A stretch of 64,000 bases of DNA from the human T2T-CHM13v2.0 reference genome, Homo sapiens (GCF_009914755.1 NC_060925.1), one strand, 5' to 3'. Positions 29,067 to 43,650 are shown, numbered from the stretch's first letter. Numbers and translations: made by a program. Notes: generated by a model not told the origin, from the sequence alone.

Positions 29067-29097
29067 GACTGCGGTGCTTTTTTTTCTTTTTTTCTTT

Positions 29098-29623
29098 TTT
29101 AGGAGAAAAGGCATATAAAGTTATTAACATGCACAGGGGTAGGGTCTGAATCACAAAGTGATGACTTTACTTATGCACTGGGGTACAGATGCTTATATAC
29201 CCTTCTTCTTAGAGGAAAGGGAGATGGGGAAGTGTGGATGATTTTAGGCGGCTAGTAAATGACTTTTAGGGGAATTCAATGGGCTTTAAAATCATACAGT
29301 GGCCTGGGACACAGTCTGCTGGGCCCACAGAGCAGATGATAGTTTGTGACAAGTCTGTGCTGGTATGCTGACAGACTGCAGCCTTTCTTCCTGCAATGTG
29401 AGTCCAGCTTATGAAAACTCAGAGGAGGAACCAGAGCTTATGAAAACTCAGAGGAGGGACAGGTCTGGACTTCAGGCACAAAGAGACTTTCAGGGAACAT
29501 CTTCATCTTATGCTTTGAGAGAGACAGAGGATTGAGAAGCAGGAGGTGGTGCATGCCAGAGAGACCTTGTGGCTGCTTCTTCATGTCAGCCATACGTGGG
29601 GGTAATAGTTTCTGAGCCCCATT
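29098..29623 (-). mobile_element. ERV1 MER4-group solo LTR (MER31/MER34/MER39/MER67/MER92-like; subfamily unresolved)
   Basis: Reverse strand begins ...ggggctcagaaactattaccccc..tatggc and ends ...gttaata..ttt.tatgccttttctcct, both typical of this LTR group. TATA-like tatataagc on the minus strand near 29195. 29-bp internal duplication at 29406-29460. Confidence 0.7.
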
Positions 29624-30156
29624 TCAATCTTACTATTCTGCTTCAATGAATTACCTTACATGTGAATCACTGCACACATATTCAACTCTATTTGTAAAGT
29701 AAATGTTTTGTTTAGAAATAAAAATTGAATGAGTTAGCAAAACTATGATCCTTTAGACCCAGTGAAATATTTGGAGCTGTTTTCCTGTTTAATTTTGATT
29801 TTTCATCAATCTGGAGCTAGATTCATCTATGTTTAAAACCAGTTTTTGAGTGATGTATGTGTTAGTATTTATTTATCATTTAACTTCCAGGATACTAGAG
29901 TAGAAATAAAGATACAGCAAGAGGAACATGCCTGTAGTCCTTCCCTGAGAGGCAGGAGTACAGTGAAAAGACTTGGCCTTGGCACACAACATGCCCCAAC
30001 TGTTGGGGTCACCCACGTGGTGTTGAGGCTCGATAACTCCAAATTTGGGATATCTTTACTATCCTTCTAATAGTCTACTCTTCTTCTATTAGCCTCTCAT
30101 CCTATTATTCTATTATTGTGTTTTGTCCAGACCCCAGAGACTAAAGATATCCTTCT

Positions 30157-30595
30157 TTTAAAATTTTTTGATACATTGTATTTGTACATATTTATGGGGT
30201 GCATGTGTAATGTGAAATTACATGCATAGAATGTGTAATGGTCCAGTCAGAGCATTTAGGGTATCTATCGCCTGAGTATTTATCATTTCTCTGTGTTGGG
30301 TTATATTTCAAACCTTCTCTTCCAGCAATTTTGAAAACTGCAATATGTTGTTGTTAACTCTAGTCACCCCACTCTGCTATCAAACATTAGAACATTCCTC
30401 CCAACTGTATATTCATATCTATTAATCAAACCTGTCTTCATCCTCTCCCTCTCACCCCTATAACCTTCCCAGCCTCTGGTATCTATCATGCCACTTTCTA
30501 CCTCTATGTGATCAACATTTTTAGCTCCTAAATATGGGTGAGAATGCACAATATTTTTCTTTCTTTGTCTTGCTTATTTCACTTCACATAATGAT
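30157..30595 (-). mobile_element. L1MA-type 3' end fragment
   Basis: tttgtacatatttatggggtgcatgtg...tagtcaccccactctgctatcaaacattagaac...tttttagctcctaaatatgggtgagaatgc. Confidence 0.85.
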
Positions 30596-31190
30596 GAAGA
30601 TGCTTTGGCACCTTATGCCAAGATCCCCAAATCCCACCCTGAGATGTCAGTGTGTTGATGCCAACCCCCAAGTGAGGCTTTCCAGCCCATCCTTTTACCT
30701 CAGAATATATCTGACATTACAGAAATTCAGATGTAAGTTCTGACTCAGACCCCCAAGATCTGGTGACATTGAAAAACCAGATGAGGACTTTGTATACACG
30801 TGTATACACGTGGCCATGCCTGACTATCCGTTTAGTCAAAAACGCACACTGGTGGTTTAATTGAATTGACCTTTTGGTTATATGACAAAGTTAATTGGGG
30901 TTACAGACAATCCAATTATACATATTGACACAGCCTATAATGAACTCTATTTTCTGTGGTGGTAAGGAGAATTTCAAATAAGTTACCTAATTCTTCTTGG
31001 CTCCATTTTTGTTTTCTAGATCTGGAAAGGCAAACAAAAAATATCCGGCACAATCAGAAGAGTATACAAGGATGTTCCAAGTAGCATTTTGTATAATGGC
31101 AAAATATTGTTAATAACCTAAATCTGTATCAAAAAGATTGAATGAAATATAGTACATTCAGAAGCAGCATTAAAAAAGATACACTTTATA

Positions 31191-31503
31191 CACTGTCCAC
31201 CATTCATATTTATGGGTTCCAAATTTGTGGATTCAATTAACATAGCTCAAAAATATTTTTAAAAAACAATACAAAAATAAAATATTACAAGTATGAAAAC
31301 AATACAATATAACGACTATTTACATACCATTTAGATTGTATTAGGTATTATAAGTCATCTAGATATGATTTAAAGTAAATGGGAGGGTATGTGTAGGTTA
31401 TATGCAAATACTATACCATTTTATATAAGGGACTTAATCCGTGGATTTTGGTATGTATGGGGAGTCCTGGAACCAATTCCCCACAGGTACCAAGAGATGA
31501 TTG
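31191..31503 (-). mobile_element. MER2 (TcMar-Tigger) non-autonomous DNA transposon
   Basis: Reverse of the MER2 text (gtattaggtattataagt.atctaga.atgatttaaagta, gtaggttatatgcaaatacta, gtcctggaaccaat); TA on both flanks; sits in old L1 3' remnants at ~31060-31810. Confidence 0.85.
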
Positions 31504-31949
31504 TATTGGCATGGAAAGCTGTCCATGATATATCTGTGAAATGGGAAGAGAACTAGGTTTTATGACAACAAGTACATCAGAATTTCATTTTCTATGTATA
31601 TGTGTAAATATACATTACAAACTCATAGAAGGATGCACCCAGTGGTTAATGAGGCTATCTATGGTTACATGTGAGGATGGAGAGAAGAGACTAATTACAG
31701 GAGCATTTTTACCTTGTATTTATATGTATTTCTGTATTGCTTTATTTTTGTTCTATAGCCAGCATGTGTTATTTTTATAATTAAGAAATCCAATAAATAT
31801 ATTTCCATTTTAGAAAAAAACATAACTTTATTTGTTTTTTGTGAAAATAATATACATAAAGCCCTTATCAAAGGTCTGGACCATAGAAAGTGTTCATTCA
31901 TGGTACTATATTACTGTTTCTACTATAAAACACTTGACAACTCTTTCCT

Positions 31950-32310
31950 CCATGTTTCATTTCCTAAGCTTCATCATGTCTTTATATAAATGTTACCTTT
32001 TTAGTAAAGCGTTCCCTGAGCTTCCCATCTCAATTGTCACCCTGTTCCACTACAAATACACACATGCACTCACTCTCTACCCTATTTGCCTTTTGCCTTT
32101 ACACCACTTCTGTCTTATATGCTCTATTATTTACTTGTTTGCCTGGTGTATGCTCTTTCCTCCCACTGTAACATCAGCTGTAAGAAGGCAGCGGACGTTA
32201 GTCAACTTTGCTGTAGTCAACTTTGTTTACAGATGTATTCCCAGCACCAAAGATAGTTTGGCATACAGGAAGCCGTCAACAAATATTTGTGAAACGAACA
32301 AATGAATAAC
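31950..32310 (+). mobile_element. L2 3' end
   Basis: aaatgttacctttttagtaaagcgttccctga...gtattcccagcaccaaagatagtttggcatacaggaagccgtcaacaaatatttgtgaaacgaacaaatgaa. Confidence 0.8.
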
Positions 32311-32374
32311 GATGCCAATCTTAAAATGTTATTGCAACTTTGGGATAGGCTTATGTATGCAGATTTCATGGACC

Positions 32375-32544
32375 ACAGAAGCAGCAGAACTTAGTGATTC
32401 TTAAACGTATGTCTCTGGCACGGAACTGCCCACATGGGTTCACGAGTCTGCTTATTATAAGTTGAATTATCCTGCGGAAGTTACTTAGTCTCTCTAAGTC
32501 TTGGATTCGTTATCTATAAAGTGAAGATAAAAAGTAAAACAATG
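32375..32544 (+). mobile_element. MIR 5' part; 3' part at ~41320-41410
   Basis: ggaagttacttagtctctctaagtcttggattcgttatctataaagtgaagataa. The MIR 3' end (aggattattattaagtgagat...aaatgctagttattat) follows the L1 tail. Confidence 0.7.
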
Positions 32545-33916
32545 ATTTCTGTTCCTCACTAAAATGGATTAACAGAGACCAGGTTTACCCTTCCAAAAGT
32601 GGAATATATATACCAATCGCCATCAGGCACCAAAGGGCAGTCATCCCTGAGAGACAGGAAACAATTGAGGGAAACCCTACAATTGCCCCAGCTTACAGCC
32701 TGGAGAGGTTGATAGGGTGTGGCACGTGAAGGTAGAACCCAAGCAGAGCCTGGTGGATTTCCTGAATCGAGGAGCAGAAGTTGAGAGTAGGAGCCCACAG
32801 TGGCCAGAGTTACAGGACAGAGTACCAAAGAGGAGAGAGAGCCACACGGAGGGAGAGCTCTGGAGTCCTGCAGAGGCTGCCCCACAAGTATTCAGCAGAG
32901 CACTGATCATGCAAGGGAAAAACACCTGAGAAGACTAGGGAGCGCAGTGCCCATGCTCACATGGGGTAGGGAACAGTGTTTATTCCCACACATCAAACTG
33001 GAAACCTCATGATTCACAGGGCATCAGATAGAGAATGCAGTCTTGCCCTTTTTGTGGAGAAAATAGGCCTACACTGAGCACCACTCCAGTCCTGCCTAAC
33101 AAATATTAAAAGCAAGACCTGAAAGGATCCTACTGTTTCCAAGTAACTTACCTGTATTCCAGAACTCATCTTAGAAATATTTCTAGAAATCCAAATTTAT
33201 CCAGCACCCAATAAGGTAAAATTTACGATGTCTATCATCCAGTAAAAGATAATCAGATATGCACAGAAGCAAGAAAATATGATTCACAACAAAGAGAAAA
33301 ATCAATCAAAACTGATCCAGAACTGACGGATTTTAGAAATAGCAGGCAAGGACATTAAAACTGTTATTATAATTCTAACCCACATGTTCAAAGTTAAGTA
33401 GAGATATAAAAGATATTTAAAATAATCAAATCAAATTTTATTGTATTTTTCAACAAACTACATCTCAGAGTTTATAAAACAAGCAAAATGACACCAAGTT
33501 GCCTCTTAATCGAACTGCAAGAAACTAGTAATAAAAGGAAAGTTCTAAAAGTAGTCAGAGGAAAGACAGATGGTATGTACAGAAGAACAAAGAGAAGGAT
33601 GACAGCAGTTTTCTCATCAGAAAAAGCACAAACAAAAAGACAATGGAACAACGTGTTAAAAGAAAAAATTTCAAACTAGAATTCTAGGCCAAGCAAAAGT
33701 ATCTTTCAAAAATGAAGGCAAAATAAGGACTTTTTCAGAAATACAAAAGGTGAAAGATTTCATCACCAGCAGACGTGCACTACAAAAAATATTAAAGGAG
33801 TCATTCAGGCAGAAAGAAGTAATGCCAGATGGAAATAAGGATCTACACAAAGGAAGAATAGTGGAAGTGGTAATTGTAGGAATAATTATGTAAGAACTTG
33901 TAAAAATTTTATTTAG

Positions 33917-34223
<307 letters not shown>

Positions 34224-34469
34224 AGAAATTTTTAAAAGATAATTGATTGTTTGAACAAAACTAACCACAATGTAGCATAGAGTTAAAAACATTTGACAAA
34301 GTAAAACGCATGACAACAATGGCATAGAGATTGGGAGGGGAAAAATAGAAGTACACTCATTCTTATACTACAGGTAAAGTGAATAAGGTCACTTCAAGTT
34401 AGGCTGTAATAAGTTACAGATGTATACCTTGAACTCTAAATCTACCACTAAAGTGACCAAAGAGTAATT

Positions 34470-34479
34470 TTTTGTTTTG

Positions 34480-34510
<31 letters not shown>

Positions 34511-34598
34511 CTTTGAAGGCCATTTAATTATCTTTTTCTTTTAACTGTCTTTTCATGTGTGTTTCCCCGTTTTCTATCAGGGGAAATTCTATCCTCTA
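34470..34598 (-). other. SVA 3' transduction (~90 bp) plus second poly(A) tail
   Basis: Non-SVA sequence 34509-34598 lies between two T-tracts; minus-strand ATTAAA at 34523-34528; TSD gagtaatt at 34462-34469 and 35927-35934 encloses both the SVA and this segment. Confidence 0.88.
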
Positions 34599-35926
34599 TT
34601 TTTTTTTTTTTTTTATTGATCATTCTTGAGTGTTTCTCGCAGAGGGGGATTTGGCAGGGTCATAGGACAATAGTGGAGGGAAGGTCAGCAGATAAACAAG
34701 TGAACAAAGGTCTCTGGTTTTCCTAGGCAGAGGACCCTGCGGCCTTCTGCAGTGTTTGTGTCCCTGGGTACTTGAGATTAGGGAGTGGTGATGACTCTTA
34801 AGGAGCATGCTGCCTTCAAGCATCCGTTTAACAAAGCACATCTTGCACCGCCCTTAATCCATTTAACCCTGAGTGGACACAGCACATGCTTCAGAGAGCA
34901 CAGGGTTGGGGGTAAGGTTATAGATCAACAGGATCCCAAGGCAGAAGAATTTTTCTTAGTACAGAACAAAATGAAGTCTCCCATGTCTACCTCTTGCCAC
35001 ACAGACACAGCAACAATCTGATTTCTCTATCCTTTCCCCACCTTTCCCCCTTCTCTATTCCACAAAACCGCCATCGTCATCATGGCCCGTTCTCAATGAG
35101 CTGTTGGGTACACCTCCCAGACGGGGTGGTGGCCGGGCAGAGGGGCTCCTCACTTCCCAGAAGGGGCGGCTGCCGGGCGGAGGGGCTCCTCACTTCTCAG
35201 ACGGGGCGGCTGCCGGGCGGAGGGGCTCCTCACTTCTCAGATGGGGCGGCTGCTGGACGGAGGGGCTCCTCACTTCTCAGATGGGGCGGCTGGGCAGAGA
35301 CGCTCCTCACTTCCTAGACGGGATGGTGGCAGGGAAGAGGCGCTCCTCACTTCCCAGACTGGGTGGCTGGGCAGAGGGGCTCCTCACATCCCAGACGATG
35401 GGCGGCCAGGCAGAGACGCTCCTCACTTCCCAGAGGGGGTGGCGGCCGGGCAGAGGCTGCAATCTTGGCACTTTGGGAGGCCAAGGCAGGCGGCTGGGAG
35501 GTGGAGGTTGTAGCAAGCCGAGATCACGCCACTGCACTCCAGCCTGGGCACCATTGAGCACTGAGTGAACGAGACTCCATCTGCAATCCCGGCACCTCGG
35601 GAGGCCGAGGCTGGCGGATCACTCGCGGTTAGGAGCTGGAGACCAGCCCGGCCAACACAGCGAAACCCCGTCTCCACCAAAAAATACGAAAACCAGTCAG
35701 GCGTGGCGGCGCGCGCCTGCAATCGCAGGCACTCGGCAGGCTGAGGCAGGAGAATCAGGCAGGGAGGTTGCAGTGAGCCGAGATGGTGGCAGTACAGTCC
35801 AGCTTCGGCTCGGCATCAGAGGGAGACCGTGAAAAGAGAGGGAGAGGGAGATGGTGGGGAGACAGAGAGGGAGAGGGAGGGAGAGAGGGAGAGGGAGGGG
35901 GAGAGGGAGAGGGACAGGGAGAGGGG
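34599..35926 (-). mobile_element. Full-length SVA retrotransposon (SVA_B/C-like), short VNTR
   Basis: Poly-T 34599-34614; SINE-R 34615-~35100 (attgatcattcttgagtgtttctcgcagagggggatttggcaggg); GC-rich VNTR ~35110-35450; Alu-like domain ~35455-35830; (GAGAGG)n hexamer ~35836-35926. Confidence 0.97.
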
Positions 35927-37269
35927 GAGTAATTGTTAATAAGCCAAAAAGGAACTTAAAATAAATAACAAAATTATTCAATTAATCCCAAAGAAGGCAG
36001 GAAAAGAATGAAGAGGAACAAAGGACAGTTAGGACAAATAAATAAAAGGTAAGATGATATATTTAAAGTTAACCATATAAATAATTACATTAACTGTAGT
36101 GTAAACGGTTTAAACACCCCAATTAAAAGGTAGAGATTGTCATATTGGCCCAACTATATGCTGCATACATGAAATACAATTAAATAATAATACACAAATA
36201 GGTTAACTGAATGAGAAGAGATAAACTGTGATAACACTGATTAAAGGAAAGATGGAGTACCTATCTCAATATCATTAATATAACACAAAGTATATTTCAG
36301 AGGAAATAATATTATCAGGGATAGAAAGATTGTTTCATAATGATAAAGGAATCAATTCATCAAGAGAATATAACAATACTAAATATATATGCACCTAATA
36401 AAAGATCTTCAAAGCATACAAATCAAAGATTGATGGAACAACAAGAAGAAATAGAGAAATTCACAATGATAGTTTACTATCCCATTTTTATCTTTGATAA
36501 AACAATAGAAAGAAAATCAGTTAGGATATAGAATAGATTATGCAAACACTATCAACCAACTTGACCTAATTGACATCTAACACTCCATCCAAGAATAACA
36601 GAATATACATTCTTTTCAATGCACACAAAACATTTACCAAGATAAGTCATATTCTGGGCCATAAAATAAGTCTCAATAAATGTAAAAGGATTTGTTATAA
36701 AAAATGTATTCTCTGGTCACAGTGGAATTAAAACATAAATCAATTACTGAAAGATCACTGGCAAATCTCCAAATATTTGAAAACTAACATATTTCTAAAT
36801 AACCCTGGAGGTCAAAGAAGAAATCATAAGGGAAATTAGAAAAGTATTTGAACTGAATAAAAGTGGAAACATAACATATCAAAATTTGTGAGATGCTGCT
36901 AAATAATACTTCAGAGGAATTTTATTGCCCTAAACTAAAACATTAGAAAAGAACAAAGGTCTCCAGTCAGTAACCTCCATTCTTACATTAAGAAACGAGA
37001 AAAAAAGAGAAAATTAAGCATACAATAGTAGAAGAGAGAAAACAATGCACATTAGGGTGGAAATCAATGAAATAGAAGAGCAAAGCAAAAGAGACAAATC
37101 AATGAAACCAAAAGCTGTTTCTTTGAGAAGATCAATAAAGTTGATCAATTTCAAGCCAGACTGATCAGGAAAATAGAAACAGAAGACACAAATTACTAAT
37201 ATCAGGAGTAAGAGAGGTGACATCCCTGCAGATTCTACTACTATTAAAAGGATAATAAGGGACTAGTAC

Positions 37270-37706
37270 TGTATTAATTTCCTAGGGCTGCTGTAACTAA
37301 GTACCATAAACGTATAGCTTAAACAACAGAAATTTATTCTCTCACACTTCTGGAGCTAGAAGTCCAAGATCAAGGTGTCAGCGAGTCATTTTTCCTCTGA
37401 GACTCTGGGTAGAATCCTTCCTTGCCTTTTTCTGTCTTCTGGTAGGGGCTAGAAATTCATGGCATTACTTGGCCTGCAGCTGCTTCACTCCAATCTCTGC
37501 CTCTGTTGTCTGTGGGTTTATGTCTCTGTGTCCATATTTCTCTCTTCTTATAAGGACACCAACTATATTAGGTGTAGGGCCCACCCTAATCCAGTATTAC
37601 CTCGTCTTGATTAATTATATCTGCAAAGACCCTATTTCTAAATAAGGTCACATTCTGAGGTGCTGGTTGACATGAATTGTTGGGAGACACTACTCAACCT
37701 AGTACA
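37270..37706 (-). mobile_element. MLT1C-like ERVL-MaLR solo LTR
   Basis: tgtattaatttcctagggctgctgtaac...aacaacagaaatttattctctcac...gcaaagaccctatttctaaataaggtcacattctgagg...aca. Confidence 0.85.
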
Positions 37707-38460
37707 ATTATGAACAACCTATACCAATAGATTCAACAATTTCGAAGAGCTGGTCAAATTTCTTAAAAGATGCAAACTAGTGAATTTCACTCAAAAAGAA
37801 ATACATAACCTGTCTCACGAAGAAATAAATACCTGAGTAGTCTCATATCTATTAGAGAAATTAAAGTCATAGTTTAAAATCTTTCCACCAGGAAAACAAA
37901 AACAAAAACAAAAAACCACTCAGGACCAGATGGCTTCACTGATGAATTCTTCCTTGAGGAAGAAATAATATTGATTTTACAAATTCTTCCAGAATGCCAA
38001 TTGTACCAATTCTGCAAATTGAAGACAAATGAATACTTCCCTCTACTCATTCTATGAAGCCAGTCCTGATACTAAGCCCTAATACCAAAAACAGGTAAAG
38101 AAAAGAAAGCTACAGAAAAGTATCTCTCATGACTATGATGCAAACTTCTTAACAAAATTTTAGTTAATCGAATCCAAAATATCTAGAAAAGATCATTCAT
38201 CACAACCTAGAGAGGGTTCTGGGAATGCATGATTGGTTTAACATTTGGAAAATGAATTGATGTGATTTACCATACTAACAAACTAAAAAAAGGGAAAATA
38301 GTCATATCATCTCAAGAGACATAAAAAGCATTTTCCAATATTTGACATCCATTCCCAATAAAAAGTGTCAGCAAACTAGAAATAGAAGGGAACTTTTTCA
38401 ATCTGATAAAGGGCACTTAATGAAAAAATCTACAGCTAACTTCATACTTAAAGGTGAAAG

Positions 38461-38681
<221 letters not shown>

Positions 38682-39922
38682 GACTGTTTTCTCCCTAAGA
38701 TCTGGAACAAGATAAGTAAGACTTTCTGCTCTCACTACTTTTATTCAACATGGTGCTGGAAATTCTAACCGATGTAATTGATCAATAAAAAGAAACAAAA
38801 AGCATCCACATTGATAAAGAAGAAACAAAATTGGTTTTATTCACAGGTGACATCATCTATGCAAATATGATGCTATATGTAAAAACAAGGAAACAGAAAC
38901 ACAATTACTACAACTAATAAGTCAGTTTATTAAGGACATGAAACACAAGGTCAATTTAAAAATCAATTGTATTTCTAAATCCTAGCAACAAACATCAGAA
39001 ATATTAAAATAACATTGACAATAGCATAAAAATATGAAATTCTTAAAAATAAGCCTAAGGAAATGCAAAATATACACACTAAAACTACAAAATGTTGCTG
39101 AAATAAATTAAAGAATAAATAAATAGAGAGACATACCTTTGTGGGTTGGAAGAATTAATTTTAAGATGTCAATTTTCCTCAAATAGATGTATGTACTTAA
39201 TGCAATCTCTATAAAAATAGAAATTGACAAGCTGATTCTAAAATTTATATGGAAATGCCAAGTACCTGAAGTAGCAAAAATAATTTTGAAAAAGAACAAA
39301 TTTGGTATTGGCGTAAAGATAGATAGATCAATGGAATAGAATAGTCAGAAAAATTCACACACGTGAAAAACTGATTTTTAATCAAAATAGAATCGTAATT
39401 CAGTAGAGAAAGCATAGTCTTAGGAACTAAATAGTGTCAGAACAGTTACTGTGCAAAAAAACCCTCAATTCAATATTTCATACTATATATAAAAATTAAA
39501 TGGTTCACAAATCTAAATGAAAAACCTACAACTATAACAATTCTGGAAGACAATGGAGAAGAAAATTTTTGTTACCTTAGGTTAGGTAAAGGTATTTTAG
39601 ATATGACATCAAAAACAAAGTGTATATGAGAACAAATTGATAAACTAAACCATCAAAATTAAAAACGTTTTCTTTTCCAAAGACATTGTTAAGAGAAAGA
39701 TAAGTCACAGATTGGAAGAAAATATTTGCCAATCATATATGTGATAAAGGACTAGTATCCGGAATATATTGAGAACTCTCTAAACTTAATAGTAAGAAAA
39801 CAAACAACTTAAGTCTTAAAAGTGGGCGAAAGATTTGAATAGGAACTTCACCAAAGAAGACACATGTGTAGCAAAATGCAAAGATGCTCAACATCATTAG
39901 TTATAAGGGAAAGGCACAGTAG

Positions 39923-40500
<578 letters not shown>

Positions 40501-40879
40501 TACCTGTTAGGATGGTTAAAATTCAAAGGACTGACTATATCAAATGTTGACAAAGATGTGCAGAAACTGGATCTCTCATATACCACTGTTGGAAATGCAA
40601 AATGGTACATCCAGTTTGGAAAAAAATTGTGCAGTTTCTTCAGCATACATCTATCATATGATCCAGCCATCCTAATTCTAGGCATTCACTCAAGAGAAAT
40701 GTATATATTTATATAGAGATGTGTATAAAGATGTTCTAAGCTACTTTATTTGTAATAGCCTCAAGCTGGAAACCACTGAAATGTCCATCAACAGTTGAAT
40801 GGATAAATGATGGCATATCCGTATAATTGAATACTTTTCAGCAATTAAAAGGAATGACCATTTATATAAAACTTGAGAA

Positions 40880-41056
40880 GCTGGGTACAGCAGCACGTGC
40901 CTATAGTGCCAGCTACGTGGGAGGCTGAGGGAGTAGGGTTGCTTGAGGCCAGGAGTTTGAGGCTGCAGTGCACTATGATCACATCTATGGATACTGCACT
41001 TCAGCCTGGGCAATATTTCGAGACCCCTTTTCTAAAAAAAGAATAAATAAATAAAT
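40880..41056 (+). mobile_element. FAM (fossil Alu monomer)
   Basis: Monomer with 'gcagtgcactatgatcacatctatggatactgcacttcagcc', i.e. the extra cctgtgaatagcc-like segment typical of FAM; A-rich tail. Confidence 0.7.
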
Positions 41057-41469
41057 TAGAAAATGCAAACCAACGTATAGTGCCAGAAAGCAGATCAGTG
41101 GTTGCCCGGGGATGGAGAAGGAAGCAGGGAGGGACAGAAGTAAGACGTGGGTTACAAAAGGGGCATGAGGAAATTTCTGGGGTGACAGAAATCTTCATTA
41201 TCTTCATGGCCATGATGGTTTTATAGGTGTTTACATAGGTCAACTTATTAAATTATATTCATTAAATATATGCAGTTTATTTTGTCAGTTATACTTCAAT
41301 TTAGCTATTTTAAAAAAAAATCAGAATCTTAGGATTATTATTAAGTGAGATTTTATATATACATATAAAGTTCTAGAGCATAAGTGGTTTTAAAATGCTA
41401 GTTATTATGTCAATAGATAGTGCATTTGGCTTTTTTAACCTTCATCTTTGTTTTCTCTTAACCTATTTG

Positions 41470-41920
41470 CAGAGGAGGGGATGTAACTTACATACCGTAA
41501 ATTGTACAGATACTAAGTATATAACCTGATAAATTTTTGCATATATTTCCAGAACCCCAAGAAGTACCCCATGTCCCCCGCCGGTTAATAATCTCCACAA
41601 CACAACCATTCTCCTGACAGCCACCACCATAGATTTGTTTTGCTTGTTTCTTTGCTTGACATAAGTGGAATCATAGTGTGTGCTCTTGTGCCTGCCTTCC
41701 TTCACAAAACATTACGGCTGTGAGACTCATCCTTGTTGCATGTGATCATTGTTAAATCTTGTTCCTTACTGTGTCATATTCCACTGTGTGAATATACTAT
41801 GGATCATTTATTTATTGTACTGCTGCTGGTGGACATGTAGGTTGTTTCCAGTTCATGGCTACTAAGCTGCTATGAATGATCTCATATGTGTCTTTTGGGG
41901 AGACAGAGGCACCTGCATCT
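41470..41920 (-). mobile_element. Old L1 3' end fragment
   Basis: caaccattctcctgacagccaccaccatagatttgttttg; ggtggacatgtaggttgtttccagtt. Confidence 0.75.
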
Positions 41921-42412
41921 ATCTGATTGACAAGCGTGGTCCCTAGTTGCAAAAGAAGTTGGGAAAGCGAGCGGCTCACACTTTCCAAGGGGGAAGTTTG
42001 GCTCAGCTTGCTGCCAAGACTCCTTCAGTGGGGATTTCCCCAAGACCAGGAAAGGGGTTCAGCTGCTGTGCGGCCAAAAAGAATGACAAATGTCCTCCAT
42101 CTGTTTCTTGGTGGCTTATTCCAGCAGAGTTTATAAGAAGCAGTAATTAGAAGGGCCACACCTCCTAACAATCTCCCTACCCACCTCAGTTCCAATTAAG
42201 TCAGCAAAGTCCAACTCCTAACTCCATCAAACCTACCTGTTGTAGCAGTGCCTACACTTAAATTATATGGAGGATCGTCTGAACCACCACTCCCTGAAAA
42301 AGAAAGGAGCCCGAGGTTCAATAATTTGGGGATTACTGCATCCTCTCCCCCCACTGAAGATGTACAACCTACATTAGTATGTTAGAGATTATGCAAAGTC
42401 CCATAGGAATAA

Positions 42413-42743
<331 letters not shown>

Positions 42744-43500
42744 TTATTCTAGCATTTCTAAAACTTATTTTCAGGTTCCAGCCACAGCTTTCTGCGGAGC
42801 CAGTGTCTCTGGGAGTGTGGCATAGGAAACAGTCCTTCTTGAGATTGTGGAAACCCTTTCCCGTGTTCTTCAGGTTTTCCTTCTTACTATGTAACAGCCA
42901 GACCATCCCACCGGCCAGCACATGTGGGATCTGAGTAATCTGGGAATACTTTTGCCCCAGATGCTTGCTCAGGGATATCTGAAAATCTGCTTTCAGAGAT
43001 TAGTCTGCTTTTAAAAGCACAGCTTTCACACTGAGGTCTTCTCAGAAAAATCAATATTTTTTGACTGGGTAACAAAATCCCAGCTCCTCAGCTTTGAGAC
43101 ACTGTAGCAGGTAGATAGAGGGTAAAGAACGGAGAGAGGGAATCTTTCAAGAAGAGGGAATCTGGCACTGAAGGCAAACCCCTTGTGCCAGGTAGCTGCC
43201 GGAGACCATGAAGAGGAGCAGAGCCTTTGGCAGCTCTTGAACACAGGTACTGGGACAAGAGGGGATCTTTTAGGAGTGGTATTAAGACCTGGGGAGGCTC
43301 AAGGGGAGGTGGGGGGGAAGTCAAATCCACATAGGAATTCATTTGTTGTGAGGCTGAAAACAAAATCTGGTTTGTACCGTATTTACTCTTAAACTCATGA
43401 TGCTAAAGCTTCATGACCCACACTTGCAGGACCTCTCCCAAGACACTGGACATGAAGTTATCATCTTCAGGACTGTATTTTTCTTATAGAGAATCCATAA

Positions 43501-43650
<150 letters not shown>

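Noticed and set aside
34620-35981. Multiple GC-rich ORFs of 64-154 aa
   Set aside because: Read-through of SVA VNTR and Alu-like sequence, which is non-coding.
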